Shown here: one piece after another, positions 18,021 through 28,357 of the stretch | Layout: every line of letters starts with the position of its first letter | Numbering within the stretch: the first letter of the stretch is position 1 | Origin: Nitrosopumilus sp. | GTDB taxonomy: Archaea; Thermoproteota; Nitrososphaeria; Nitrososphaerales; Nitrosopumilaceae | DNA length: 64,000 bases | Reading direction: 5' to 3' | Assembly (NCBI GenBank): GCA_965218695.1 | Contig: OZ244651.1 | Location: forward strand, 384,001-448,000 | Position numbers and translations under genes: made by a program | The notes under the pieces: generated by a model | Database searches by the model: none | What the model was told of the DNA's origin: nothing | Seen by the model: only the letters and a program-made list of their open reading frames with translations

Positions 18021-19124
18021 ATGGCAGACAGAATAAAGGTCGGACTGGTCGGTATCGGAAACTGCTTTTCAGGACTGATTCAAGGAATCGAGTACTACAG
18101 AAAGGACCCCTCCCAGGAGGTGATTGGAATTATTCATGATAAACTGGCAGGATATGGAATCTATGACATCGACTTTGTATGCGGGTTTGATGTGGGTGAA
18201 AACAAGATTGGAAAGACCATCAACAGCGCCATATACGAGTACCCGAACATGGTTGACTGGATTCCCAAAGACGAGATGCCTGCAACAGACGCACTGGTCT
18301 ATGAGAGCCCGGTGCTGGACGGGGTTGGACTGTGGGTTGAAAACCGGATCAAGCCAATCGTCAGTAGCAAGACGACTGATCAGATAGCCGAAGAGGTCAA
18401 GCAGATAATTGCCAAGACCGGCGCTGAGATCATCGTATCCTATCTGCCTGTAGGCTCTGACAGGGTGACTGAGTTTTGGGCCCAAATCTGTCTTGATACC
18501 GGCACTGCATTTGTCAACTGCATCCCGTCATTTATTGCCTCAGACGCGGCGTGGGCCAAAAAATTCGAAGAAAAGAACATTCCCTGCATCGGCGATGACA
18601 TCAAGGGACAGGTTGGGGCGACCATCGTCCACCGAACCCTTGCCAAACTCTGCAATGACAGGGGAACCAAGATCGAAAAGACATACCAGATTAATGTCGG
18701 GGGCAACACCGACTTTCTAAACATGAAGGAGCAGGAGAGGCTGATATCAAAAAAGATCTCCAAGACCGAAAGCGTACAGAGCCAGCTTGATAAACGGCTT
18801 GACGACGATCAGATCTATGTGGGGCCCTCTGACTTTATCCCATTCCTGAGGAATACCAAGCTCATGTTTATGAGAATCGAGGGACGCCAGTGGGCAAACA
18901 TCCCCTACAACATGGAGGTCCGCCTGGAGGTAGACGACAAGGCAAACTCTGCAGGAATCGTAATTGACGCCATCAGGCTGGCAAAGATAGCGCTTGACAG
19001 GGGCATTGGCGGGCCAATCAAGTCGGCAAGCGCGTACCTTATGAAACACCCGATAGAGCAGACATCTGATGTTGCAGCAAAGGCAGAATGCGAAAGATTC
19101 GTTGCCAACGAACCCGCTCCGTGA
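18021..19124 (+). CDS. ino1: myo-inositol-1-phosphate synthase
   Basis: VGIGNC, SYLPVGS, GDDIKGQVGATIVHR, NVGGNTDFLNM, DDKANSAG. Confidence 0.95.
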   Translation: MADRIKVGLVGIGNCFSGLIQGIEYYRKDPSQEVIGIIHDKLAGYGIYDIDFVCGFDVGENKIGKTINSAIYEYPNMVDWIPKDEMPATDALVYESPVLDGVGLWVENRIKPIVSSKTTDQIAEEVKQIIAKTGAEIIVSYLPVGSDRVTEFWAQICLDTGTAFVNCIPSFIASDAAWAKKFEEKNIPCIGDDIKGQVGATIVHRTLAKLCNDRGTKIEKTYQINVGGNTDFLNMKEQERLISKKISKTESVQSQLDKRLDDDQIYVGPSDFIPFLRNTKLMFMRIEGRQWANIPYNMEVRLEVDDKANSAGIVIDAIRLAKIALDRGIGGPIKSASAYLMKHPIEQTSDVAAKAECERFVANEPAP

Positions 19125-19271
19125 CGGCATGCCTGAGGCCACGCGCCTCTACTGGTAGACGCCTGTGTACTGCAGACCGGATCACATCCCCCTCCGGCCG
19201 CGACTCCCGCCGGGAAACGCCTAGGCATGGCTGTGTTTGAAACTTAAGTACCGTCTCTGCCAAGCGATCCA

Positions 19272-21074
19272 GTGAGAAAGGTTGCGATATTGGTGCTGGC
19301 AGCGGCGATATCTGTGCTGTCTGCAGTGGGGTTTGAGGCATACGCCGAACAGGTTCCAACGCCCCTCCAGCAGGCGCGTGATGGCGTGCCCTTCGAGGCG
19401 ATGCAGTGCCGCGACGGCAAGGTGCTGATGGAGTCATCTGGCGGGACGCCTGCATGCGTCAGCGAGTCATCCTCTGCCAAACTTGCAGCAAGGGGCTGGA
19501 AGGCAGCCGCAGAGTTGCAGACCACTCCAGAAATAGCCTACAACGGACACGCCTGCAAGGGCCAACAGGAGATGGTCAATATTGCAAAGTTCGATTCCGG
19601 ACTATTCGACAGGATCGGCGAGATGTTGGAGGCCAACGTCACGGGCAGTTACTCCGTGCTACTCATAGTCTCCGATGTCGACAAGCGGGCAGTGGAGCAG
19701 ATACTGACTGACTGTCACGGCGCCAAGGATGTGGGGGCAGGCGAAACGCTGTCGTTTGTGACTGCCAGCGTGCCGCTTGGGGAAATTCCGACTCTGTCCG
19801 CGTACGATGAGGTGCAACGTATAGGCGCCGGTGAGCTGTTTGTGATTCCGGTAGTCCTAGATGACACGGAAGGAACAACGTGGGTCCAAATTGACCCCGT
19901 ACAGTGTGGCGGCAATCCGTGGGGAGGTGCGTACAGCAGTCCGGACGTGATCAAGGAGTATTATGCAGGTCTGGGCGTGGGCGTAGTCGATCTCAAGACG
20001 GCACACACCCGTCAAGTGGTATGTGCTGCTTGTTCGTGTCCCGCCGGAATAACGCTGTACCTGCAGGTATCTCATGACGATGTCAGGACGATGCTAAGCT
20101 TGGGATTCGCGCCTCCTGACAAACAACCAGACACTCCCAGAAAACCAATGGTCAGCAGTACAGACACAGAAAACACCGGCGACAGGCCGTTTGTCACCAC
20201 ATGGAGGACCATCTCATCAGACGAGTCCATAACCATTTCTGTGGGCAACGCGACTGGCACCTACACGGTAGACTGGGGCGACGGTAGCACCTCGGCCAAC
20301 GCCACTGGAGACCAGAGTCACGCATATTCGGATGCCGGAGAATACACTGTCCGCATATCCGGAGACTTTACGAGGATATTGCTTGGCGAAGATTATGACA
20401 ATGCCTACAAACTCGTATCAATTGAACAGTGGGGCGACATCCAATGGGAGTCTATGGCCTCTGCGTTCAGGGGAGTGGTGTTCACGTCTCATGCTGCCGA
20501 CACTCCGGATCTCTCCAAGGTAGCAGACATGAGCGGCATGCTACAAGATTCTGATTTCAATGGCGACCTCTCAGGCTGGGACGTCTCGAGTACAGAAAGC
20601 ATGCACGGGATGTTCAACCGCGCCTCGTCCTTCAACGGCGACCTCTCAGGCTGGGACGTCTCGAGTACAGAAAGCATGCACGGGATGTTCAACCGCGCCT
20701 CGTCCTTCAACGGCGACCTCTCAGGCTGGGACGTCTCGAACGTGGAACACATGGCCGGTATGTTCAACCGCGCCTCGTCCTTTGTTCAGAACTTGGGCAA
20801 TTGGTACATCGTGTTTGACCGCACCACAATCGGTGATCCCACCGGAATTATCGGGAGGATGTCTGCACAAAACAGTCATCTGGATAGTCAAGGTCCAATA
20901 TATGACATCGGTTCAGGCGGCGATTCTGACTACTTTGAGATCGTCGACGGCGACATGCTCAGGATGAAGGATGCTGCAGACGTCTCAAAAGAGCCATCGT
21001 ACACGGTCAACATCACATCTGCTGGAGGGTATGGCACTGGGAACTTTCGTGTGTTTGAAATAACCGTACGCTGA
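19272..21074 (+). CDS. Secreted mosaic surface protein: PL(K/Q)Q-Cys module, PKD-like domain, DUF285/BspA-type repeats, cadherin-like C-terminus
   Basis: Signal peptide; PTPLQQ...QC...PACV; YTVDWGDG...HAY; FNGDLSGWDVS repeats; GGDSDYFEI. Confidence 0.8.
   Translation: MRKVAILVLAAAISVLSAVGFEAYAEQVPTPLQQARDGVPFEAMQCRDGKVLMESSGGTPACVSESSSAKLAARGWKAAAELQTTPEIAYNGHACKGQQEMVNIAKFDSGLFDRIGEMLEANVTGSYSVLLIVSDVDKRAVEQILTDCHGAKDVGAGETLSFVTASVPLGEIPTLSAYDEVQRIGAGELFVIPVVLDDTEGTTWVQIDPVQCGGNPWGGAYSSPDVIKEYYAGLGVGVVDLKTAHTRQVVCAACSCPAGITLYLQVSHDDVRTMLSLGFAPPDKQPDTPRKPMVSSTDTENTGDRPFVTTWRTISSDESITISVGNATGTYTVDWGDGSTSANATGDQSHAYSDAGEYTVRISGDFTRILLGEDYDNAYKLVSIEQWGDIQWESMASAFRGVVFTSHAADTPDLSKVADMSGMLQDSDFNGDLSGWDVSSTESMHGMFNRASSFNGDLSGWDVSSTESMHGMFNRASSFNGDLSGWDVSNVEHMAGMFNRASSFVQNLGNWYIVFDRTTIGDPTGIIGRMSAQNSHLDSQGPIYDIGSGGDSDYFEIVDGDMLRMKDAADVSKEPSYTVNITSAGGYGTGNFRVFEITVR
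20556..20782 (+). repeat. 75-bp tandem repeat x3 (DUF285-type 25-aa repeat)
   Basis: GGCGACCTCTCAGGCTGGGACGTCTCGA repeated at 75-bp spacing. Confidence 0.9.
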
Positions 21075-21305
21075 CGTGCACGAGTTGCAATCTTTCCAGG
21101 CGCCTGACGTCAAGCGTGTTTGACTTTTGGGTTATGGGAACCCATCCATCATCGTTTAAGAACAGCATGGTATAATTACATCCAATGCGGCCACAAAACC
21201 ATATGGATAATGACACGTTCCAATATTCGCCGAAACATATTCTGTCATCTAGTCAATTAAACTTGTCAGTCACTAATTATTCCATATTATGTGGGTGTAT
21301 CCTTA

Positions 21306-24300
21306 TTGGTTCATATTAAAAAAGTAGAGATCTTCGGATTCAAGTCGTTTGGATTTCGAAACACCACCGTCCAGTTTGAACCCGGACTCGTCTCCATCTC
21401 GGGCCCAAACGGCTCCGGCAAGAGCAACATTCTGGATGCCATAATCTTTGCCATGGGCGAGAACAAGCCCAGAATTATGAGGGTTGACCGGCTGCGATCG
21501 CTGATCCATGATATCGACGGAAACCGGCGCGGCCCCAAGATGGCACGATCCAGCGTTCACTTTGACAACTCTGACCGAAAGATCCCTGTGGACTCTGATG
21601 CAGTCGAGATAACAAGGGAGATGGACATAAACGGCGAGAACACGTACTATCTCAACAGAAAAAAGACAAACAGAAGCCATATCCTTGACCTTTTGGACAT
21701 GGCAGATGCGGGACTGGGACAGCTTAACGCCATCCAGCAGGGGACGGTGACTCGAATCTCGGAGTTTACCTCTGATGAGAAGAGAAAGGCGATCGAGGAT
21801 CTGATAGGCCTGTCGTACTTTGATGAGAAGAAGAAGGAGGCAGTAGATCAGCTTGACACGGCTGACCGGAGGCTTCAGATTGCCCTGGCCAAGATGGATG
21901 AGGTCAAAAAGAGGATAGACGAGCTGGACGAGGAGCGAAACCAGATGCTTCGTCACGACCTGCTGGCAAGGGAGATCGACCGGTACAGGGCCGTGTCTGC
22001 TGCCAACAGAATCAGGACAATCTCAGACCAAAAGTCTGCCAAGGCCGAATCCCTCGGCCAAACCGCAGAGAGGATATCGTTCCTACGTGACAGGCAGAAT
22101 ACCCTGCGCGCCGAGATGGACTCACTTGAGGCCCAGAAGGCAGAGATGATGACTGCAGCAGACGACTACAGCAGGGCAAAGTCATCCCTTGACACGAAGA
22201 TAAGCACTGCCCGGGAACGGTACGAGGCTGACAGCGGCGCTGTGGGTACTGCCAAAAGGAGGATTGCGCAGATAAACTCCCGGACCCCTGAAATCAAGAC
22301 CGAGCTTGAAGAGATCAGCCGCGCCAAGGCCGGCCTTGAGGCCAAGATCCAAGATGCCCGCGGATCCATCGACGAGATCACCGCCCAGACCCGCAAAGCC
22401 GACGAGGCCCTCAAGGCGATAGACCCGCAGAGGAACATGATTCTTGGCCGCCAGTCCGCAGCTGCTGCCAAAAAATCCAAGACCGATGAGAAGATCAAGG
22501 GCCTGACGGCGCAACTAAACCAGGAGAGACTGCGCCTCTCCAAGATCACCTACGAGTGCGACGAATCCGACAAAAGAGTCACCGCAAATCTTGCCAAACT
22601 GGACAGCATGGGGAAGGCAATCTCTGAGCTGACTGCCAGCAAGCTCCAACTGGAATCCATGATGAGGAGCCATAACGGGACGATCCAGGGGCACAAATCC
22701 CGCATTGAAGAGTTGGGCAGTACAAGGTCAAGGGTGAGCCGGGACATGGAGGATCTGGGAATGATACTGGAGAAATCCAACAAGGCTGCAATCCAGTACG
22801 AGTCAAAGATCAAGATGATCCGGAGGCTGATGCATGAGGACTATACCGTTGCGCAACTCAAGGCCGACGCATCCAGGCTGGGCATCGAGGGCCTGGTCTA
22901 TGAGATGATCACCTGGGACAAAAAGTACGAACGCCCGGTCCTTGCAGTCGGCTCTGACTGGATCAAGGCCATCGTGGTAAACGATTTTGCAACCCTGCTT
23001 GGAATTGCCGAGGTCGCAAAGAGCAGAAAGCTTCCAAAACTCAAGATCATCCCGCTGGATGCTATCCCAAAACTTGATTTTGAGCCTCCCAAAAGACCCG
23101 GGGTCCTGGGAGTCCTTGCCGACCATGTCAGGTGCGATGATGCGCATTCCGCACTCAAGACCCTCCTCTTTGGGAACGTGGTTCTGACCGACGGCAGGGA
23201 TTCTGCCTTTGCCCTCTCGCAGGAGGGATACAAGGCAGTGACCCTGGACGGGGAATACTTTGAGGCAGACAACGGGGCAGTAGTAATCGAGATAAACTCC
23301 AAGATCTCAAAACTGACCAAGCTGATATCCATGAGCAGCGACATAGACGGCCTCTTCGAGTCCATCGGGCTGATCAAGAGGTACCTGGACAGAAAGAGGC
23401 GCCATCTGAAGAGGCTTGAAGGATCCACCCAGTCAAGCACGGAGAACCTCTCGACGTCTGAGGCCTCCCTTGCCGCCATCCGCGAGAACCACTCCCACCT
23501 CCGGTCCGGCATCCCCTCCAAGATCGAGGCAAAAAAGACGCTCGAGGAGCAGACCTCCAAGATGCGATCCCGGATATCTGCTGCCGCATCCGAGATGTCT
23601 GCCTGCAAGTCACGCATCGACTCCCTGCAAAAGGGAGTCTCCCTGGCAGAAGAGGATTATGCAGGAGGCCAGCAGGCACTGATTGCCACCGAGCTTGCCG
23701 AGATCAACAAAAAGAAGATGGCCGCAGAGCAGATCCGCACCCAGATATCCGGACTACACCGCGAAGAGTCCTCCCGGCTGGCAGCGCTTCAGGACCAGGC
23801 AGGCCGAGAAACATCAAAGTCCGGCGTTCTGGAATCTGAGGCAGAATCCCTGGCATCGGAACTGCAGGATCTGCATGAGAAGGTCCAAAAACTGGAGGCC
23901 GGCATGGCCTCAGAGAACGAGGTCCTCGTAGGACTCAGGGAACAGGAGCAGAACCTCATCGCCACGTCCGGCTCGTCAATAGGCAGGCTAAAAGAGTATG
24001 ACGACCAGATCAAGGCGCTCCTGGCAGACGAGCAGGGCGTGTCCCGGGAGGCTGCCACGCTGGAGCGCCGCTCAGACTCCCTGGAGCGTGATCTGCAGGA
24101 GCTGACCGAGGCAGAGGCCGACCTGCAAAAGATCCTTGATGCGTTCGGGCTAGACCGAAACGCAGAAGTCTTTGATGTCGGCCCGGTCCTTGAGGGGCTT
24201 GAGGCAGAGATCGGCTCCCTTACGGCACTGAACGCAAAGGCCCCCGAGACGTACCTTGCAGTCACAGACGGATACCGCTCCATGTCGGCAAGAAAGAACT

Positions 24301-24827
24301 CCCTCGAGGAGGAGCGAAACTCGATAGTCGCCTTCATCGAGAACGTCGAGAGGGACAAGCGCCAGACGTTCCTTGACGCCTTTGACCTGGTGGACAGGGA
24401 GATCCGCCTGATCTTCAACAAGATGACCGGCGGAAACGCGTGGATGGAGCTGCAAAACGAGGACGACATATTCAGCTCCGGCATCTCGTACCTAATCCAG
24501 TTCCCGAACAAGCCAAAGAGGGAGTCCACCTCGATCAGCGGCGGCGAGAAGACGCTTGCCGCCATCGTCTTTGTGCTGGCGCTTCAAAAACTCAAGCCGT
24601 CGCCGTTCTACCTGCTGGACGAAGTCGATGCGCACCTTGATGCGCCAAACTCCGAGAGGCTCTCAAAGATACTCGAGGAGAGATCCCGCAAGAGCCAGTT
24701 CATCATGGTCTCCCTCAAGGACTCCGTTGTCCAGAAGGCGGGGCTGATCTACGGCGTCTTCCCAAAGAACGGCGTCTCCCACGTGGTCGTCTACAAGGAC
24801 AAGCGCGCGCCGTCTGTCCGGGCCTAA
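21306..24827 (+). CDS. smc: Chromosome segregation protein SMC
   Basis: FGFKSF, GPNGSGKSN Walker A, coiled coils and hinge, SGGEK signature, LLDEVDAHLD. Confidence 0.97.
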   Translation: MVHIKKVEIFGFKSFGFRNTTVQFEPGLVSISGPNGSGKSNILDAIIFAMGENKPRIMRVDRLRSLIHDIDGNRRGPKMARSSVHFDNSDRKIPVDSDAVEITREMDINGENTYYLNRKKTNRSHILDLLDMADAGLGQLNAIQQGTVTRISEFTSDEKRKAIEDLIGLSYFDEKKKEAVDQLDTADRRLQIALAKMDEVKKRIDELDEERNQMLRHDLLAREIDRYRAVSAANRIRTISDQKSAKAESLGQTAERISFLRDRQNTLRAEMDSLEAQKAEMMTAADDYSRAKSSLDTKISTARERYEADSGAVGTAKRRIAQINSRTPEIKTELEEISRAKAGLEAKIQDARGSIDEITAQTRKADEALKAIDPQRNMILGRQSAAAAKKSKTDEKIKGLTAQLNQERLRLSKITYECDESDKRVTANLAKLDSMGKAISELTASKLQLESMMRSHNGTIQGHKSRIEELGSTRSRVSRDMEDLGMILEKSNKAAIQYESKIKMIRRLMHEDYTVAQLKADASRLGIEGLVYEMITWDKKYERPVLAVGSDWIKAIVVNDFATLLGIAEVAKSRKLPKLKIIPLDAIPKLDFEPPKRPGVLGVLADHVRCDDAHSALKTLLFGNVVLTDGRDSAFALSQEGYKAVTLDGEYFEADNGAVVIEINSKISKLTKLISMSSDIDGLFESIGLIKRYLDRKRRHLKRLEGSTQSSTENLSTSEASLAAIRENHSHLRSGIPSKIEAKKTLEEQTSKMRSRISAAASEMSACKSRIDSLQKGVSLAEEDYAGGQQALIATELAEINKKKMAAEQIRTQISGLHREESSRLAALQDQAGRETSKSGVLESEAESLASELQDLHEKVQKLEAGMASENEVLVGLREQEQNLIATSGSSIGRLKEYDDQIKALLADEQGVSREAATLERRSDSLERDLQELTEAEADLQKILDAFGLDRNAEVFDVGPVLEGLEAEIGSLTALNAKAPETYLAVTDGYRSMSARKNSLEEERNSIVAFIENVERDKRQTFLDAFDLVDREIRLIFNKMTGGNAWMELQNEDDIFSSGISYLIQFPNKPKRESTSISGGEKTLAAIVFVLALQKLKPSPFYLLDEVDAHLDAPNSERLSKILEERSRKSQFIMVSLKDSVVQKAGLIYGVFPKNGVSHVVVYKDKRAPSVRA

Positions 24828-25807
24828 TCCAGATCCACGTAGCATGCAGCAAGGTGGCCGCCTTCTGTCCTCTCCAGGTCAGGCTCCTTGACGCACTTTT
24901 CCATCGCATATGGACACCTTGACCTGAACCTGCATCCTCCAGACACGCCTGCCTCCGGGGGCTCCGTGATCCTGATCCTCTTCTCCCGGTGCCGGTTCTC
25001 GGGATCGGGATCCGATATTGCGTCGATCAGGGCCTGCGTGTACGGGTGCCTGGGACTTAGCAGCACCCTGTCTATGGGCCCCATCTCCACGATCCTGCCC
25101 CTGTACAGGATGCCGATGTCCTGCCCGAAATACCTGGCAGTCGCAAGGTCGTGCGTAATGTATATGAACGATATCTTGTGCTCCTCCTGTAGCTGGCGCA
25201 TCAGCTCGAGCATCTCTATCCTGATGGAGACATCCAGCATCGAGACCGGCTCGTCTGCAATGATCACCTTGGGCTTTAGCGCCAGCGCCCTTGCCAGCAC
25301 GACCCTCTGCCTCTGCCCGCCTGAGAGCATGTGGGGGTACTTTGCCATGACATCCTCCACCGGCGCCAATCTCACCTCCCGGAGCACCTGGACCACCCTC
25401 CGGTGCCGCTCCTTGCTGTCCCCAATCTTGTGGATCTCAAGCGGCTCTGCCACTATGCTGCCCACCTTCATCCTGGGATTGATGGAGTCGTACGGGTCCT
25501 GGTGGACCATCTGGCAGCCCATCCTGATCTCCTCCAGGCCCTTATGGGTGTGCCGGACTGCATTGCCGTCAAAGAAGACATCCCCCGAGTCAGGCTGCAG
25601 CGATCCCAGTATCAGGCGCGCTATGGTGGACTTTCCCGAACCGGACTCGCCTGCCAGCACCAGCACCTTTCCGTCCTCGAGCGTAAACGATACGTCATCG
25701 ACTGCCCTGATCTCAGGAGTGGCAGAGCCAAATATTCCCCGCTTGACAAAATACTTCTTTAGATGCTCAACCTTTAGAATCTCGCCCAACACCACTAATC
25801 CTGACAT
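24824..25807 (-). CDS. Oligopeptide/dipeptide ABC transporter ATP-binding subunit
   Basis: GESGSGKST, LSGGQRQR, IADEP, HPYTQAL, GCRFRSRC. Confidence 0.93.
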   Translation of the reverse strand: MSGLVVLGEILKVEHLKKYFVKRGIFGSATPEIRAVDDVSFTLEDGKVLVLAGESGSGKSTIARLILGSLQPDSGDVFFDGNAVRHTHKGLEEIRMGCQMVHQDPYDSINPRMKVGSIVAEPLEIHKIGDSKERHRRVVQVLREVRLAPVEDVMAKYPHMLSGGQRQRVVLARALALKPKVIIADEPVSMLDVSIRIEMLELMRQLQEEHKISFIYITHDLATARYFGQDIGILYRGRIVEMGPIDRVLLSPRHPYTQALIDAISDPDPENRHREKRIRITEPPEAGVSGGCRFRSRCPYAMEKCVKEPDLERTEGGHLAACYVDLD

Positions 25808-25838
25808 TCCCGTATATCAAGAGAATGGTCAGATGACG

Positions 25839-25913
<75 letters not shown>

Positions 25914-25966
25914 CCCGGCCATTCCCGTAACAAGGAATTTATGTAAAGCAGAAAGCGCCCTAGTAC

Positions 25967-27010
25967 TTGAATGTGACAACCCAGAAGAAAAGGTACAAAA
26001 AATACGTCGTGGACTCGCGACTCCGTTACTTCAAGCCGCACTCGACTAAGATAACACGGACGTTTGCCCAGGAGGCCTCGTCGGGACTAAAGGACGCACC
26101 AAGGTCAATCCCGCCGATGTTCTTTTACGACCTAAAGGGCTCGGATATCTTCGAGGAGATATGCGCCCTGCCAGAATACTACGTCACCCGGACCGAGATC
26201 GGCATACTGGCCGGACTCCAAAAGGACCTGCAGTCGTACATCGACGGCCAGGTCAGGGTCGTGGAGCTTGGCAGCGGCATGTCCGTCAAGACCCGGACGA
26301 TCCTTGATGCCGTCGCCGGCATGCAAGACGTCGTGGAGTACATTCCAATCGACGTCTCTGACATCCTTGCAGAAAGTTCCGAGCAGCTGCTGCGTGACTA
26401 TGACTGCCTGAGCATCACCGGAATCATCGACACCTACGAGGGGGGGCTGGAGTTTCTCAGGGACTATGGTGGCAAGAGGAACCTCATACTGTTTCTCGGC
26501 TCCAGCTTTGGAAACTTTTCACCCGAGGACGGGGAAAGATTCCTGCGCTACGTAGGCCGCATGATGCGGCCCGGGGATCTCTTCATGATCGGGCTGGACC
26601 TTGTAAAGGACAAAAGTGTGCTAGAGTCTGCGTACGACGACTCCCAGGGGGTGACTGCCCGGTTCAACCTCAACATGCTCTCCCGAATAAACGACGAGCT
26701 TGACGCCGACTTTGACCTGCAAAACTTTGCCCACCACTCAGTCTACAACGAAAAAGAGCAGAGAATCGAGATGTACCTCAAGTCGCTCCTCAACCAGTCC
26801 GTGGTCATCTCAGAGTGCGGCCTGAAGACTAATCTCAAAAAGGGCGAACTAATCCACACCGAATACTCCCACAAGTTCACGCTACCGCAGATCAGGCGGC
26901 TCCTCGAGGGTGCCGGATTTCAGGTTAGGCGCGTATGGCTTGACGACAACCGGTACTTTTCAGTCACCCTGGCATCCAAGCTGCCACTACCCGGCGCACC
27001 TGAACCCTGA
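25967..27010 (+). CDS. egtD: L-histidine N-alpha-methyltransferase (ergothioneine biosynthesis)
   Basis: FYDLKGSDIFEEICALPEYYVTRTE, ELGSG, FLGSSFGN, AYDDSQGVTARFNLN, IHTEYSHKF. Confidence 0.95.
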   Translation: MNVTTQKKRYKKYVVDSRLRYFKPHSTKITRTFAQEASSGLKDAPRSIPPMFFYDLKGSDIFEEICALPEYYVTRTEIGILAGLQKDLQSYIDGQVRVVELGSGMSVKTRTILDAVAGMQDVVEYIPIDVSDILAESSEQLLRDYDCLSITGIIDTYEGGLEFLRDYGGKRNLILFLGSSFGNFSPEDGERFLRYVGRMMRPGDLFMIGLDLVKDKSVLESAYDDSQGVTARFNLNMLSRINDELDADFDLQNFAHHSVYNEKEQRIEMYLKSLLNQSVVISECGLKTNLKKGELIHTEYSHKFTLPQIRRLLEGAGFQVRRVWLDDNRYFSVTLASKLPLPGAPEP

Positions 27011-28294
27011 CATCAGCCACCGCTCGTCCAGCCTGAAAAAGTTCCTGTAGCTTGCCCTGATGGAGTCGCTGGGGGTGCCAAACGAGCCCCCCCTCAGAAC
27101 CTTCTGGTTTGTAAACCACTTGTCGTTGTACTCGTCAAACCCCGACTTGAATCCAGGATACCCAGTAAACTCAGACGAGGTCCACTCCCACACGTCCCCA
27201 ATCATCTGCTGGCATCCGTAGTGGCTGGCGCCGCTCCTCCCGTACGCGCCTGCCTCTGCGCATCCCCATATGTACGACTCCAGCAGGTTGCACCGCTCTG
27301 GGGTGGGCGCCTGGTTCCCCCACGGGTATGCAGTCTTTGCCTGCGCCTTCTCGCTCCAGCATGCAGCCTTCTCCCACTCGGCCTCGGTGGGCAGCCTTCT
27401 CCCTGCCCACTTGCAGTACGCGCCTGCCTCGTAAAAACTGACATGGCACACCGGCTCGTCCGGGTTGATACTCCTGATTCCGCGAAAATCCCTCACGCTC
27501 CACTGGCCGCCGATCTTCTCCCAGTACATCGGGGCGCCCCATCCATTCCCCTTGACCTTCTCCCATCCGTCTGAGAGCCAGTACTTGTACGTCTCGTATC
27601 CGCCGTCCTCTACAAACTCCAGAAACTGCCTGTTTGTCACCGGAAGGACATCAATGGCGTACTCCTCCAGGTATACCTTGTGCTCGGGCAGCTCTATGTC
27701 ATAGCAGTAGCCGTCCCCCCCGTACCCCATGGTGTAGATGCCTCCGCCGATCCGCACCGAGCCTGCCTGCACGCTGCCTGCCTTGGGGGCGCTGCCTCTT
27801 CTTGCCGGCCTGTACTGCTCTGCCAGGAGGTGCTGCAGGTCGTAGACTAGCAGCTCCTGGTGCTGGCATTCGTGGTGGAATCCCATGGTGATCAGCCTGG
27901 CCCCGTCCTCGTCCATGTCGTGCGTCCGGATGAAATCCTCGACCCTCTTGGTAACCATCCCAAAGTATTCAAAGATCTGCTCTGTCGTGGGCCTTGAGAT
28001 GACGCCGCGCAGCCCCTTGTCGTGCGGAACCCCGAACTGCTGATAGTACGAATTAAGGTACTCTGAAAACTCCTCTGAATAAAACTCATAGCCTGAATCC
28101 AGCTTGCTCATGATGGCCTCGTAGATCCAGCTGACGTGGCCCACGTGCCACTTTGGGGGGCTCATAAATACGGCAGTCTGCACCACAAAGTCGTCCTTTT
28201 CCAGCGTCTTTACAAGTTCCAGCGTCCTCTGCCTTGTCCTCATGAACATGTCCAGGAGGGATCTCCTGTCCTGTAGCATGGTGCTGCCTGCCAA
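26987..28294 (-). CDS. egtB: Ergothioneine biosynthesis sulfoxide synthase
   Basis: SPPKWHVGH, HHECQHQEL, RLPTEAEWE, GDVWEW, YRNFF...SGFRCA. Confidence 0.95.
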   Translation of the reverse strand: MAGSTMLQDRRSLLDMFMRTRQRTLELVKTLEKDDFVVQTAVFMSPPKWHVGHVSWIYEAIMSKLDSGYEFYSEEFSEYLNSYYQQFGVPHDKGLRGVISRPTTEQIFEYFGMVTKRVEDFIRTHDMDEDGARLITMGFHHECQHQELLVYDLQHLLAEQYRPARRGSAPKAGSVQAGSVRIGGGIYTMGYGGDGYCYDIELPEHKVYLEEYAIDVLPVTNRQFLEFVEDGGYETYKYWLSDGWEKVKGNGWGAPMYWEKIGGQWSVRDFRGIRSINPDEPVCHVSFYEAGAYCKWAGRRLPTEAEWEKAACWSEKAQAKTAYPWGNQAPTPERCNLLESYIWGCAEAGAYGRSGASHYGCQQMIGDVWEWTSSEFTGYPGFKSGFDEYNDKWFTNQKVLRGGSFGTPSDSIRASYRNFFRLDERWLMSGFRCAG

Positions 28295-28357
28295 CGTTCT
28301 TCCCCCAAGCAGATCCCTTATTATATCTGATCTCGGGCCCCGTCGGCTGCCGAATAC

